A stretch of DNA of 35,377 nt from Coriobacteriia bacterium. Its GTDB lineage: Bacteria > Actinomycetota > Coriobacteriia > Anaerosomatales > JAENZW01. Shown here piece by piece: positions 15,526-24,969 of the stretch. The stretch is taken from assembly GCA_029858605.1 (NCBI GenBank), contig JAOUET010000002.1:1-35377 (forward strand), read 5' to 3'. Numbering within the stretch: position 1 is the first letter of the stretch; every line of letters starts with the position of its first letter. The translations under genes were made by a program, and so were the position numbers. The notes beneath the pieces were generated by a model that was given only the letters and a program-made list of their open reading frames with translations, had not been told where the DNA came from and did not search any database.

Positions 15526-16902
15526 GTGGACGACGCGCGTTTCCAGGAGGCAAAGCAGGCCTACGATGCGGGCGACTACCGCACGTCGGCAAAGAGCTTT
15601 CTCGCTGCGGCTGTTGGTGGGGCGGAGGGCAATGGCGCGGCGTACCATATGGCGGGCAACTCTCTCATGCGCCTGCGCAGGTACTCGGATGCAGTGACCG
15701 TCTACAGGCACGCGTTGCGCGACGAAGTCTACGATCGCCACGGATCGGTGCGAGCGAACCTGGCAGCCGCGTACAGCTCTCTTGGTGACTACGCCGACGC
15801 GGTGAAGGAGTACGGCGCGTCTCTGGAGGAACCCGACAACACCACGCCGCACAAAGCGATGCAGGGGATGGCGTCGGCTCTCGTCGAGATGGGGCGCTAC
15901 GAAGATGCGGCCGCTTCGTACCGGCAAGCGGCACTCGACGCTGGGAACCCTGATCCGGGCAAGGCGTTGAACAGCCTGGGCCTGTGCTTCATGGCGCTGC
16001 AGCGCCCTGAAGATGCCATCGAGTCCTACAAGGCCGCACTGGGATTCGACACCTACGCGGGCAAGGGAAGAGCCCTCGCGAACCTGGGGATCGCTTTCAG
16101 TTCGCTCGGTAGCCACGAGGAGGCCCTGAAGGCGTTCGAGAAAGCGACCCAACTGCACGGGCATACGCTGTCGCCGCAAGCCATCGAGGCGTTCAACCAG
16201 AGCCGGGACGCCACCATCCCGAAGCACGAGACCGTGGAGGGTTGGAGCACGGGAGAGATGCCGCCGGTACTGCCGGACTCTTCGGGGGAACCCGCAGGCT
16301 GGGACACCGGCGAGCTGAGTGCTCTCGGAGGTTCGTCGACAGAGTTCGAACTGGACGTATCGAAGGCACCCGCGGTGGACTCCTCAGGCGTCGAGTTCGG
16401 CGACGAGGAGGCGGTGTCATCGTTCTTCACTATGACCGATGAGCAGATGCGCGAGATCGACAAGGAGAGTAGACGGGCGGCGCGCGACGCTCGGCGAGAG
16501 GGCAGCAATCCGTGGATCGCCGTCGGGATCGCCGTGCTGTTCATTGTGGTCGTGGTAGGTGGATTGGCGGCGCTGTACACGATGGGCTTCGGGTATCCCA
16601 CCCAGTCGATGACCGTCGAAGGCATGCTGGACGCGCGCGCGGAAGGAGCCGAAGTGGACGACTACTGGGTCGCCACCGTGGCGCCGGACGACGTCGAGAA
16701 GGAAATGAGCAAGCTGCCACCCGCGAAGCAGTACGAGATAAAGACCGTCCAACGCGGGCGTGGCCAGTCGGTGGTCACTGCGGCCGTGACGCCCGAGGAC
16801 GGGTCGCCGCTGATCCTGGAGATCACTTTGGGGCGCGAGGGTGTCGGCTGGAAGGTGACCGGAATAGAGATCGTCTTCAACGATCGCAGCGGCGGCGTGT
16901 AG
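15526..16902 (+). CDS. TPR-repeat protein with an acidic/Ser-rich linker, a single TM helix and a ~100-aa C-terminal domain
   Basis: Repeated A..Y..AL....P motifs over aa 1-210. TM segment WIAVGIAVLFIVVVVGGLAALYTMGF. GTG start after GGAGG. Confidence 0.75.
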   Translation: MDDARFQEAKQAYDAGDYRTSAKSFLAAAVGGAEGNGAAYHMAGNSLMRLRRYSDAVTVYRHALRDEVYDRHGSVRANLAAAYSSLGDYADAVKEYGASLEEPDNTTPHKAMQGMASALVEMGRYEDAAASYRQAALDAGNPDPGKALNSLGLCFMALQRPEDAIESYKAALGFDTYAGKGRALANLGIAFSSLGSHEEALKAFEKATQLHGHTLSPQAIEAFNQSRDATIPKHETVEGWSTGEMPPVLPDSSGEPAGWDTGELSALGGSSTEFELDVSKAPAVDSSGVEFGDEEAVSSFFTMTDEQMREIDKESRRAARDARREGSNPWIAVGIAVLFIVVVVGGLAALYTMGFGYPTQSMTVEGMLDARAEGAEVDDYWVATVAPDDVEKEMSKLPPAKQYEIKTVQRGRGQSVVTAAVTPEDGSPLILEITLGREGVGWKVTGIEIVFNDRSGGV

Positions 16903-16939
16903 GATCACACGTGGTCTCGCAGGGAACGAAAGGAAACGA

Positions 16940-17344
16940 GTGGAGCAGAGAACGTTCGTCATGATCAAGCCCGATGCGGTCGCTCGTGGGCTCGTCGGGT
17001 GTATCGTCAAGCGCTTCGAGGACGTTGGCCTTGCCATCGAGCGCCTCGAGCACGGTGTAGTCACGGCGCGAGAGGCCGAGGAGAACTACAAGGAGCACGA
17101 GGGCAAGCCGTTCTATCCCGGACTCATGGAGTACATCACATCCGGGCCCGTCGTGAAGATGGTTCTCTCTGGACCGGAGGCCGTCGCCGTGTGCCGCAAA
17201 CTGATGGGTTCAACGGACCCATACGAGGCCGCACCAGGGACTATTAGAGGAGATTTCGGCCTCACTGTCGAAGCCAACGTCGTGCACGGATCAGACTCGC
17301 CACAGTCTGCCGAGCGCGAAATCGCAATCTTCTTCGGCGACTAG
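16940..17344 (+). CDS. ndk: Nucleoside-diphosphate kinase
   Basis: RTFVMIKPDAV, GPVV.MVL.G and the NVVHGSDS active-site His. GTG start. Confidence 0.95.
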   Translation: MEQRTFVMIKPDAVARGLVGCIVKRFEDVGLAIERLEHGVVTAREAEENYKEHEGKPFYPGLMEYITSGPVVKMVLSGPEAVAVCRKLMGSTDPYEAAPGTIRGDFGLTVEANVVHGSDSPQSAEREIAIFFGD

Positions 17345-17353
17345 AGCAAGGGG

Positions 17354-17379
17354 GCGCCAACGCCTGGACAAGTTGGCGC
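17354..17379 (+). terminator. Weak stem-loop after ndk
   Basis: 8-bp stem GCGCCAAC / GTTGGCGC with a 10-nt loop and no T-tract. Confidence 0.3.
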
Positions 17380-17430
17380 GTCCGCTCGAGGCCGTCTCTA
17401 CACTTACTCTGCCGGGAGCAAGGGGGAAGC

Positions 17431-18453
17431 ATGTTCTTTCGCGTCATGGACCAGTCGCGCCTGCCTGATCTGGTGCGCGGACTGGCCGAAGAGTTCGAGG
17501 TAGTCGGTCCCGTGGCCAAGGACGATCGCTACGTCTTCGGCCGAATCGAGGATCCTGCGGATCTGGAGCTTCACTACGACACGACTCTCCTTCCTCCCAA
17601 GAAGCTCTTCTTCCCGCCGGAAGAGCGGATGATGCGCTTCCGTGTCGCCGACAACGAAGTCGTCGACGACGAAGTGTATGCGGGTCCGCGAGTTCTGTTC
17701 GGTGTCCATCCGTGCGATATCAACGGGCTGCTACTGATGGACAACGTGTTCATGGGGGACTTCGAGGACCCGTACTACAAGGCACGGAGGGAGAACACCG
17801 TCATCGTCGGCGTGTCGTGCACGCCGACGGACACGTGCTTCTGCAACGCCTGGGGCACGGACGAAGTCCACTGGGGCTTCGACATCTTCTTGACCGACCT
17901 AGGCGACCGATACTTCGTCTCCGTCCGTTCCGTGCTTGGTGCCGAGTTGTTGGACAGGCACGTCGAGACGCGAGAGATCGGCGATGCGGACACCGAGGCC
18001 TTCCAGAGCGCAAGTCGGAAGTTCAAAGGGTCGTTCACCGAAGAACTCGATACATCGCAACTCCCCCTGCTCCTCGACGCGAAGTTCGACAGTCCGATGT
18101 GGGACGAGCTCGGCGACAGGTGTCTGTCGTGCGGTGCGTGTTCGACAGTGTGCCCCACGTGCTACTGCTTCGACGTCGTCGATCGGCTCGAACCGGATCA
18201 GAAGACGGGCATGCGAGAGCGCCGGTGGGACTCGTGCCAGTTCGTCGAGTTCGCAGCCGTTGCCCACGGCGAGAACTTTCGCGTTTCGCGGGCGAGCCGA
18301 GTGAAGTACCGCTACTACCACAAACAGTGGGGCTACCTCTCCAAGTTCGAACGCGTTCTTTGTGTCGGTTGCGGACGCTGTGAGCGAGCTTGTCTTGCGA
18401 AGATCAGCCCGAGAGAGGTCGTCAAGGCGCTGGAGACAGGGGGTGTCCAGTGA
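17431..18453 (+). CDS. Group 3b-type [NiFe]-hydrogenase beta subunit (HydB/AsrA-like Fe-S protein)
   Basis: CLSCGACSTVCPTCYCFDVVD and CVGCGRCERACLAKI Fe-S motifs in an AsrA/sulfhydrogenase-beta architecture. First gene of four with overlapping stop and start codons. Confidence 0.8.
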   Translation: MFFRVMDQSRLPDLVRGLAEEFEVVGPVAKDDRYVFGRIEDPADLELHYDTTLLPPKKLFFPPEERMMRFRVADNEVVDDEVYAGPRVLFGVHPCDINGLLLMDNVFMGDFEDPYYKARRENTVIVGVSCTPTDTCFCNAWGTDEVHWGFDIFLTDLGDRYFVSVRSVLGAELLDRHVETREIGDADTEAFQSASRKFKGSFTEELDTSQLPLLLDAKFDSPMWDELGDRCLSCGACSTVCPTCYCFDVVDRLEPDQKTGMRERRWDSCQFVEFAAVAHGENFRVSRASRVKYRYYHKQWGYLSKFERVLCVGCGRCERACLAKISPREVVKALETGGVQ

Positions 18454-19307
18454 TGACTGCTTCAAAGAACCAGCATTTGGCCGCGAATCCGTATCGTCCG
18501 TGGCCCACGAGGATCACGTCGATCGTCGACTTGACCGAAAACGAGAAGCTGTTCGAGTTGCGCATCATCGACGACGAGGTGCGCGACACCTTCCGATTCG
18601 ACTCCGGGCAGTTCGTGGAGATGTCCATCTTTGGAGTCGGCGAGGCGCCGATATCCATCTCCTCGGCACCCAGCAAACGAGGCTTCATCGAACTCTGTGT
18701 CCGCAAGGCGGGTGACGTCACGGGCGCCCTTCACTCGAAGCGTTGCGGTGACATCATTGGCATTCGTGGCCCGTTCGGTCGCGGCTTTCCGATCCAGGAG
18801 ATGAAGGGACACGATGTACTGCTAGTCGCCGGCGGCCTGGGTATCGCCCCCTTGAAGTCGCTGATCAACCAGATCCACGACGAGCGCCATGAGTTCGGCA
18901 AGGTGACGATCCTCTATGGCGCCAGGAATCCGAGCGAAGTCCTGTTCCGCTACCAGTTCGACATGTGGAAGCACCGCGACGATTTCGAGCTGATTCTCAC
19001 CGTCGACGAGGCCGACGACTCATGGGCGGACGAAGTAGGCGTGGTCACGAAGCTGTTCGACAAGATCGAGATCGATTCGGCGCGCACCTATTCGGCCATC
19101 TGCGGTCCACCCGTCATGTATCGCTTCGTCATCGACGAGATGCGCAAGAAGGGCATGGATGTCGACCGAATCTTCGTGTCGTTCGAACGCAGGATGAAGT
19201 GCGGGATAGGGAAGTGCGGCCACTGCGGGGTCGGTCACCAGTACACGTGCATCGACGGACCGGTCTTCAGCTACTGGGAAGCGATGAACCTGCAGGAGGC
19301 GATATAG
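18453..19307 (+). CDS. Group 3b-type hydrogenase gamma subunit (FAD/NAD(P)-binding, C-terminal [2Fe-2S]; HydG/AsrB-like)
   Basis: The ATG overlaps the beta stop (TGATG). FNR-like fold: RFDSGQF, LVAGGLGIAPLKSL, ICGPPVM. C-terminal cluster CGIGKCGHCGVG. Confidence 0.8.
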   Translation: MTASKNQHLAANPYRPWPTRITSIVDLTENEKLFELRIIDDEVRDTFRFDSGQFVEMSIFGVGEAPISISSAPSKRGFIELCVRKAGDVTGALHSKRCGDIIGIRGPFGRGFPIQEMKGHDVLLVAGGLGIAPLKSLINQIHDERHEFGKVTILYGARNPSEVLFRYQFDMWKHRDDFELILTVDEADDSWADEVGVVTKLFDKIEIDSARTYSAICGPPVMYRFVIDEMRKKGMDVDRIFVSFERRMKCGIGKCGHCGVGHQYTCIDGPVFSYWEAMNLQEAI

Positions 19308-20051
19308 ATGGGCGCCCGTGTTGTCGTCCTTGGCCTGGCAAGCGATTTCGGTTGCCAGGTGCAACTCACGAACATCGAAGACCACCTGCTCGACGTTCTT
19401 GGACTGATCGATCTCTCGTACTGGCAGCTCGCTTCGAGCGGGCACATGCCGGACGAATACGATGTCGCGCTCGTTGAGGGTGCGGTCACGACCGACGAAC
19501 ACGTCGAGCTGCTTCGCAAGGTGCGCGAAACGGCTGCGGTGGTGATAGCCATTGGCTCGTGCGCGGTGACCGGAGGGATTCCGGCACTTGCCGGAACGGG
19601 CGATCTCGAGGGTCGATACGAAGCGGTCTACGGAGAGGGTACAGACGTTGCACGCGGCCGGACGCGACCAGTTGCTGTCACGTCCGTGATCGAGGTGGAC
19701 TACATCGTTCCCGGATGCCCCATCGACACGGGGGAGTTCCTCAAGGTGCTCTCGCGCGTCCTGGGCGGTCTTTCGGACAAGCCTTCCGAGCAGCCCATGT
19801 GCTTCGCGTGCAAGACGAGGGAGAACGTGTGCTTCTTCGAGAAGGGTGAGATGTGCCTCGGAGTCGTGACTCGCTCGGGTTGTCATGCCCGCTGCATCTC
19901 GCTCGGGCGTCCGTGCACGGGCTGCCGAGGAATCGCGCCCGAAGCCAACCTGGGCGCCGCGCGCGACGTATTCGAGCAGCACGGCTTCGAGACCGCCCGC
20001 TCGCTTCACGCCATGAACCTCTACAACACCAACGAGGAGGTGGCCCTCTGA
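19308..20051 (+). CDS. [NiFe]-hydrogenase small (delta) subunit, group 3 type
   Basis: GCQVQL, VEGAV..., AIGSCAVTGGIP and VPGCP are the proximal-cluster Cys motifs. Further Cys clusters: CFACK...CF...CLG and GCHARC...PCTGC. Confidence 0.85.
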   Translation: MGARVVVLGLASDFGCQVQLTNIEDHLLDVLGLIDLSYWQLASSGHMPDEYDVALVEGAVTTDEHVELLRKVRETAAVVIAIGSCAVTGGIPALAGTGDLEGRYEAVYGEGTDVARGRTRPVAVTSVIEVDYIVPGCPIDTGEFLKVLSRVLGGLSDKPSEQPMCFACKTRENVCFFEKGEMCLGVVTRSGCHARCISLGRPCTGCRGIAPEANLGAARDVFEQHGFETARSLHAMNLYNTNEEVAL

Positions 20052-21313
20052 TGCCACTGCTTACCGTAGAGCACGTCGCACGTATCGAGGGCCACGGCAC
20101 GATCACGGTGGACGTGCATGACGGCGAAGTGCGTGACATATCGATGGACGTGGTCGAGCCGGCCCGCTTCTTCGAGTCGATTGTGGTCGGCCGAAGGTTC
20201 GACGAGGCACCGCTCATCACCTCGCGCATCTGCGGAATATGCTCCCCGAACCACGCGCTGACCTCGATAAAGGCGATGGAAGCAGCGCTTGGTGTGGACG
20301 TGAGCGAGAGAACGCGCGTGATGCGGAAGCTTCTCGTGTACGGAAGCTACCTGCAGAATCACGCGACCCATCTCTACTTGTTCGCGGCACCCGATTTTGT
20401 CGGGCTCCCCAGCGTATTCCCCCTTGTGGAAACGCATCCGGAGGTCGTCGAGCGCGCTCTGCGCATCAAGAAGCTCGGGAACGATCTCACCACGCTCGTG
20501 GGTGGGCGACCGGTCCATCCGATCACCGCCGTCGTCGGCGGGTTCACGAGCGAGCCGGATCCCCACGTCCTGGAGGGATTCGCCGAGACGTTGCGCGAGC
20601 TGGCCGAGGACCTTACGGAGACGGTGGGTCTCTTCTCGACCTTCGAGGTACCGGACTTCTCGACGTCCGGCGACATGCTGGCTCTGAGCAGCGAGGACGA
20701 CTACGCGATCTACGAAGGAGACGTTGTCGCGGTTGACGGGGGCTGGCGCAAGCCCGTGTCCGCGTACCGCGATTTCATTCGCGAGCAGGTGTTGACGCAC
20801 AGCAACGCCAAGCATTCGATGGTGGACGGAAGGACGTTCATGGTCGGTGCGCTTCCTCGAGTCAACGCCTCGTCCGACAGTCTGACTCAGCAGGCGAAGG
20901 ACGCGCTGCGGAATGCGGGCGTGTCCGCGGTGTCGAGAAACACGTTCCACAACAACATGTGTCAGGCAGTGGAACTCGTCGATGCGGCAGGCAGATGCGC
21001 GGGCTACATCGACCAGCTGCTCGAGATGGGGGGAAGTACTGCACCCGTCAGCGTAGCCGTACGAGCCGGGGAAGGAGCGGGGGCCACGGAGGCCCCGCGC
21101 GGAACCCTCTACCACAGCTACCGGGTGGACGATGACGGCATCATCACCGCGGGAGACGTCATCACGCCGACGGCGCAGAATCTCGCCAACCTCGAGGCGG
21201 ACATGCGGGTATTCGCCCCGACTGTCGTGGGTCTCCCTCGCGATGAGTTCCTTCTGTCCCTAGAACAACTCGTGCGAGCCTACGACCCCTGCCTTTCCTG
21301 CGCGGTTCACTAG
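20051..21313 (+). CDS. [NiFe]-hydrogenase large (alpha) subunit, group 3b-like
   Basis: The ATG overlaps the delta stop. N-terminal RIEGHG, L1 motif RICGICSPNH, C-terminal motif DPCLSCAVH followed immediately by TAG. Confidence 0.9.
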   Translation: MPLLTVEHVARIEGHGTITVDVHDGEVRDISMDVVEPARFFESIVVGRRFDEAPLITSRICGICSPNHALTSIKAMEAALGVDVSERTRVMRKLLVYGSYLQNHATHLYLFAAPDFVGLPSVFPLVETHPEVVERALRIKKLGNDLTTLVGGRPVHPITAVVGGFTSEPDPHVLEGFAETLRELAEDLTETVGLFSTFEVPDFSTSGDMLALSSEDDYAIYEGDVVAVDGGWRKPVSAYRDFIREQVLTHSNAKHSMVDGRTFMVGALPRVNASSDSLTQQAKDALRNAGVSAVSRNTFHNNMCQAVELVDAAGRCAGYIDQLLEMGGSTAPVSVAVRAGEGAGATEAPRGTLYHSYRVDDDGIITAGDVITPTAQNLANLEADMRVFAPTVVGLPRDEFLLSLEQLVRAYDPCLSCAVH

Positions 21314-21323
21314 CCGAAACGAC

Positions 21324-21356
21324 GACGTCGGAGGACGAAAGCAGGAATCCGACGTC
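21324..21356 (+). terminator. Stem-loop between the hydrogenase operon and rnfC (terminator or attenuator candidate)
   Basis: 9-bp stem GACGTCGGA / TCCGACGTC with a 15-nt loop and no T-tract. A TAGAAT -10-like hexamer follows at 21362-21367. Confidence 0.35.
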
Positions 21357-21409
21357 TGAGGTAGAATCGGTTGCCTAAACCGGCAAGTCTTACAAATGAA
21401 GGGATCCCG

Positions 21410-22711
21410 TTGTCAAAGGCCGGGTTCAGGGGTGGGGTACATCCTCCTTCCTTCAAGGAGGCCACCAGAGCGTCGCAGACCGTGACGGCTCCGCTTCCCG
21501 AGAGGCTCTTCATTCCGATGAGCCAGCACTTGGGAGCGCCGTGTGCCGCCAGCGTATCGGTTGGGGACCGAGTCGAACGCGGACAGGTCATCGGAGACGT
21601 GGACGCTATGGTAAGCGCTCCGATCCACTCGCCGGTGGCTGGCGAGGTCGCAGCGATCGGCACTCAGCTGACCCCAGGTGGCCAGAGGGTCCCAACCGTT
21701 GAGATCGTTCCCGACGAGGAACAGGATTTCGAGAGTTTCGTTCCGGTTCCTGAGGCGGACGACCCACGCGACATCGTCAGGGCCGCCGGAATCGTGGGCC
21801 TCGGCGGTGCCGCATTCCCTTCCCATGTGAAGCTGCGCCCGCCGCACGACATGCCCATCGACACGGTGATTCTGAACGGGTGCGAATGTGAGTCGTTCCT
21901 GACATGCGACGACCGGCTCATGCGCGAGCGTCCCGAGCGGGTCGTGGCCGGGGCGCGTCACATCAAGGACATCGTGGGCGCGTCGCGGGTCGTCATCGGT
22001 ATCGAGGACAACAAGCCCGAGGCCTATCAATCCGTGAGCGCAAGGGCAGGGGGCGACGTAGAAGTACTGTCTCTGCCGACCGCCTACCCTCAGGGCGCAG
22101 AGAAGCAGCTGATCTGGACCGTTCTCGGCAAGGAAGTCCCACGTGGCAAGCTGCCTGCTGCGACCGGTGCCCTCGTCCACAACGTGGCGACGGCCGTTGC
22201 CATCGCGGATGCGATCGAGCATCGTCGGCCGCTCATGGAGCGCATAGTCACGGTGACCGGGAGCGTGGAGCGGCCCGCCAACTATCTCGCGCTGTTCGGC
22301 ACTCCCGTCGAATTGTTGATCGAAACGTCCGGGGGACTGTCAGCAAACGTGGGTAGGGTGATCGCCGGCGGTCCCATGACGGGGGCCGCGCTGGCCGACC
22401 TATCGGTCCCGGTCGTGAAGGGTACATCAGGGGTTGTCGCGCTTGAGTCGGGTCAGACCGCCCCCGCCGTGTCCGACGACCAACCGTGCATCAGGTGTGC
22501 TAGATGCGCGGACGCATGCCCCATCTCCCTTGAGCCGTTCGCCATCGGAGTCTATGCGAATCGTGGCGACTGGGACGGCAGCGAAGTGTACCGCGCACTG
22601 GACTGCATAGAGTGCGGTTGCTGCAGCTACGTTTGCCCGACCAGGCGTCCTCTCGTACAGCTCATTCGTCGCGCGAAGCATGCGCTCATGCAGAGGGGGT
22701 CGAGGCCGTGA
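21410..22711 (+). CDS. rnfC: Rnf complex subunit C (ferredoxin:NAD+ oxidoreductase, NADH/FMN/Fe-S subunit)
   Basis: FRGGVHPP N-terminus, GLGGAAFPSHVKL, NGCECES, and two 4Fe-4S motifs (CIRCARCADACP and CIECGCCSYVCP). I prefer the TTG at 21410 (GAAGGGA SD, and an N-terminal length like known RnfC). The ORF is open from the TTG at 21371. Confidence 0.9.
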   Translation: MSKAGFRGGVHPPSFKEATRASQTVTAPLPERLFIPMSQHLGAPCAASVSVGDRVERGQVIGDVDAMVSAPIHSPVAGEVAAIGTQLTPGGQRVPTVEIVPDEEQDFESFVPVPEADDPRDIVRAAGIVGLGGAAFPSHVKLRPPHDMPIDTVILNGCECESFLTCDDRLMRERPERVVAGARHIKDIVGASRVVIGIEDNKPEAYQSVSARAGGDVEVLSLPTAYPQGAEKQLIWTVLGKEVPRGKLPAATGALVHNVATAVAIADAIEHRRPLMERIVTVTGSVERPANYLALFGTPVELLIETSGGLSANVGRVIAGGPMTGAALADLSVPVVKGTSGVVALESGQTAPAVSDDQPCIRCARCADACPISLEPFAIGVYANRGDWDGSEVYRALDCIECGCCSYVCPTRRPLVQLIRRAKHALMQRGSRP

Positions 22712-23733
22712 TGCAAGAAGCCGCGACCACCCCAAGGCCTCAGATTGCGTCGTGTCCCCATCTGGCGGCCAAAGAGAGCGCGCCGGACATAATGTTGTGG
22801 GTAGTTGGCGCACTGGCGCCGGCTGCCGTGTGGGCTGTCTGGAACATGGGTTCAACGGCGGGAACCGTGTTCATCGTCTCGATAGTGTCGTGCCTCGGTA
22901 CGGAAGCGCTGTGGAACTACCTGGCCAAGCGCCCGCAGACGTTGATGGACTGGAGTGCGCTCGTCACGGCGATACTGCTGGCCATGACCCTTCCGCCGAG
23001 AACGCCTTGGTGGATGGTGCTCGCAGGTGGCGTAGTGGCCATCGGGCTGGGCAAGATGCTGTTCGGCGGGCTGGGTTGGAACCTCTTCAACCCTGCGCTC
23101 GTCGGCAGGGCGATGATTACGATCTCCTGGGCAGGTGTTCTCGCCGTACAGAAGGTGCCCGGCGGGTGGTTCCAGGGAATCGACGTGGCTGAGACAGGCG
23201 GATTGGACGCCATCAACGGCGCTACTCGTCTAGCGATCGCGGCGGCGGATCGTGCGGCAGAAGGTGGCTACGGGTTCGATCTTGGGGCACAGTTCGAGCC
23301 GCTACTCTTCCGAAACCTCGAGGGATGCATTGGCGAGGTATCTGCGGCACTGCTCATACTCGGCGGCTTGGTCCTGATCTTGAAGGGCATCATCGACTGG
23401 CGGATTCCTGCGGGCTACATCGGCACCGTAGCCGTATTGTCGGGCCTCTGCGGCTCGCAAGGCTTCCTGGACGAGGCGATCTTCAACGTACTCGCGGGTG
23501 GCGTGTTGCTCGGGGCCTTCTTCATGGCCACCGACTACGTGACGTCGCCCATGACGAAGACCGGAAGGCTGGTATTCGCGTGCGGCTGCGGGCTCATCAA
23601 CTGTGTCGGACGCTTCTACGGTCCGATGCCGGAGTCGACGACTTTCGCGATCCTATTCATGAACGGTCTGGTACCGCTTATCGACCGTTCATTGCGGCCC
23701 AGGACCTACGGGTGGGTGAGCAAGCGTGAGTAG
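22711..23733 (+). CDS. rnfD: Rnf complex subunit D (membrane, covalent FMN)
   Basis: The ATG overlaps the rnfC stop (GTGATG). Polytopic membrane protein. Flavinylation motif DAINGATRL. FFMATDYVTSP. Confidence 0.9.
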   Translation: MQEAATTPRPQIASCPHLAAKESAPDIMLWVVGALAPAAVWAVWNMGSTAGTVFIVSIVSCLGTEALWNYLAKRPQTLMDWSALVTAILLAMTLPPRTPWWMVLAGGVVAIGLGKMLFGGLGWNLFNPALVGRAMITISWAGVLAVQKVPGGWFQGIDVAETGGLDAINGATRLAIAAADRAAEGGYGFDLGAQFEPLLFRNLEGCIGEVSAALLILGGLVLILKGIIDWRIPAGYIGTVAVLSGLCGSQGFLDEAIFNVLAGGVLLGAFFMATDYVTSPMTKTGRLVFACGCGLINCVGRFYGPMPESTTFAILFMNGLVPLIDRSLRPRTYGWVSKRE

Positions 23734-24313
23734 GATGGCCTCGACTCCAGCTCGCATGGTCCTTGCAGTCGTGGTGACATGCACCGCATCGGCTGCCGCC
23801 TTGACGTTCACCTACGAGGTGACGAAGGACCGCATCGCGGAGCAGGAGCGTCTGGCGCGCGAGAAGGCGCTGAACGAAGCCCTGCCTGAGGCAACCGAGT
23901 TCACGGAGATGGACGAGAACATGCTGGTCTCTGCGCGCGAATCAGCAGGAGAGACACGTGTGGATGCGATCTTCGATGCGGGTGGCGCGGGATGGGGTGT
24001 CCTGGTCGCGCCTCGTGGCTACGGCGGACCGATGCCGATGGTAGTCGGCGTGGATAGTGATGGGAAAGTCACGGGTGTCATGATCATCACGCAGAACGAG
24101 ACGCCCGGTCTCGGCACGAAGATCGTGACGGACGAGTCGTTCCTGCCACAGTTCCGTGGCTGGGACGCCTCGGACGTGGACACGGCGGTCAAGGCGTTCG
24201 ATGCGATCTCCGGAGCCACGAAGTCATCGGGCGGAGTTCGAAAAGGTGTGGTCGCGGCCGGGCACATCTATGAGGAAGTGCTTTCTCAGACCGAAGGGGG
24301 GAGCGTACCGTGA
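23726..24313 (+). CDS. rnfG: Rnf complex subunit G (FMN-binding, membrane-anchored)
   Basis: N-terminal TM anchor, ETPGLGTK, and flavinylation motif DAISGATKSS. The start is either the GTG at 23726 or the ATG at 23735. Confidence 0.9.
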   Translation: MSRMASTPARMVLAVVVTCTASAAALTFTYEVTKDRIAEQERLAREKALNEALPEATEFTEMDENMLVSARESAGETRVDAIFDAGGAGWGVLVAPRGYGGPMPMVVGVDSDGKVTGVMIITQNETPGLGTKIVTDESFLPQFRGWDASDVDTAVKAFDAISGATKSSGGVRKGVVAAGHIYEEVLSQTEGGSVP

Positions 24314-24969
24314 GCGAGTGGCTTGCCACGTTCAGGCGCGGACTCTCCATCGAGAATCCCTTGACGATCCTGATGATCGGACTTTGCGCGACCCTTGCCG
24401 TCTCGACCAAGTTCGAAGGCGCGTTCTTCATGGGACTTGCCGTGATCTTCGTGCTGACAATGTCGAGCGTGATCGTCTCGAGCCTGCGCAAGCTGATACC
24501 CGAGAAGGTCAGGATACCCGTCTTCATCGTGGTAATCGCATCTTTCGTGACCATCGTTGACCTGTCGATGCATGCGTTCATTCCAGGTGTCTACAACTTC
24601 CTGGGTGTGTGGATTCCGCTGATAGTGGTGAACTGCATCATCCTTGGCCGAGCCGAGGCCTTCGCCTATCACAATCCGGTGAGACTGGCGATCGCCGATG
24701 GGCTTGGGATGGGAATCGGCTTCTCAATGGTCATCATGTTGCTTGCGACTATCAGGGAGTTTGTCGGAAGTGGGGAGATCGTGTTTCTCGGGCAGAAGCT
24801 TGTGGCTCTGCCTTCGGCGTATCAGGGGCCGGGGATCATGCTCCTCTTCCCGGGTGCGTTCATACTCTTCGGCTTCATGATCGCCGGAGCGCGGTGGGTG
24901 ACTTGGCGCCGCGAGGGCAGGGTCGTTGAGACATCCCAGCACTGCACTATCGAGGAAGGGGCCTCGTGA
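24310..24969 (+). CDS. rnfE: Rnf complex subunit E
   Basis: NPLTILMIGLCATLAV, IPLIVVNCIILGRAEAF. The GTG overlaps the rnfG stop (GTGA). Confidence 0.9.
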   Translation: MSEWLATFRRGLSIENPLTILMIGLCATLAVSTKFEGAFFMGLAVIFVLTMSSVIVSSLRKLIPEKVRIPVFIVVIASFVTIVDLSMHAFIPGVYNFLGVWIPLIVVNCIILGRAEAFAYHNPVRLAIADGLGMGIGFSMVIMLLATIREFVGSGEIVFLGQKLVALPSAYQGPGIMLLFPGAFILFGFMIAGARWVTWRREGRVVETSQHCTIEEGAS

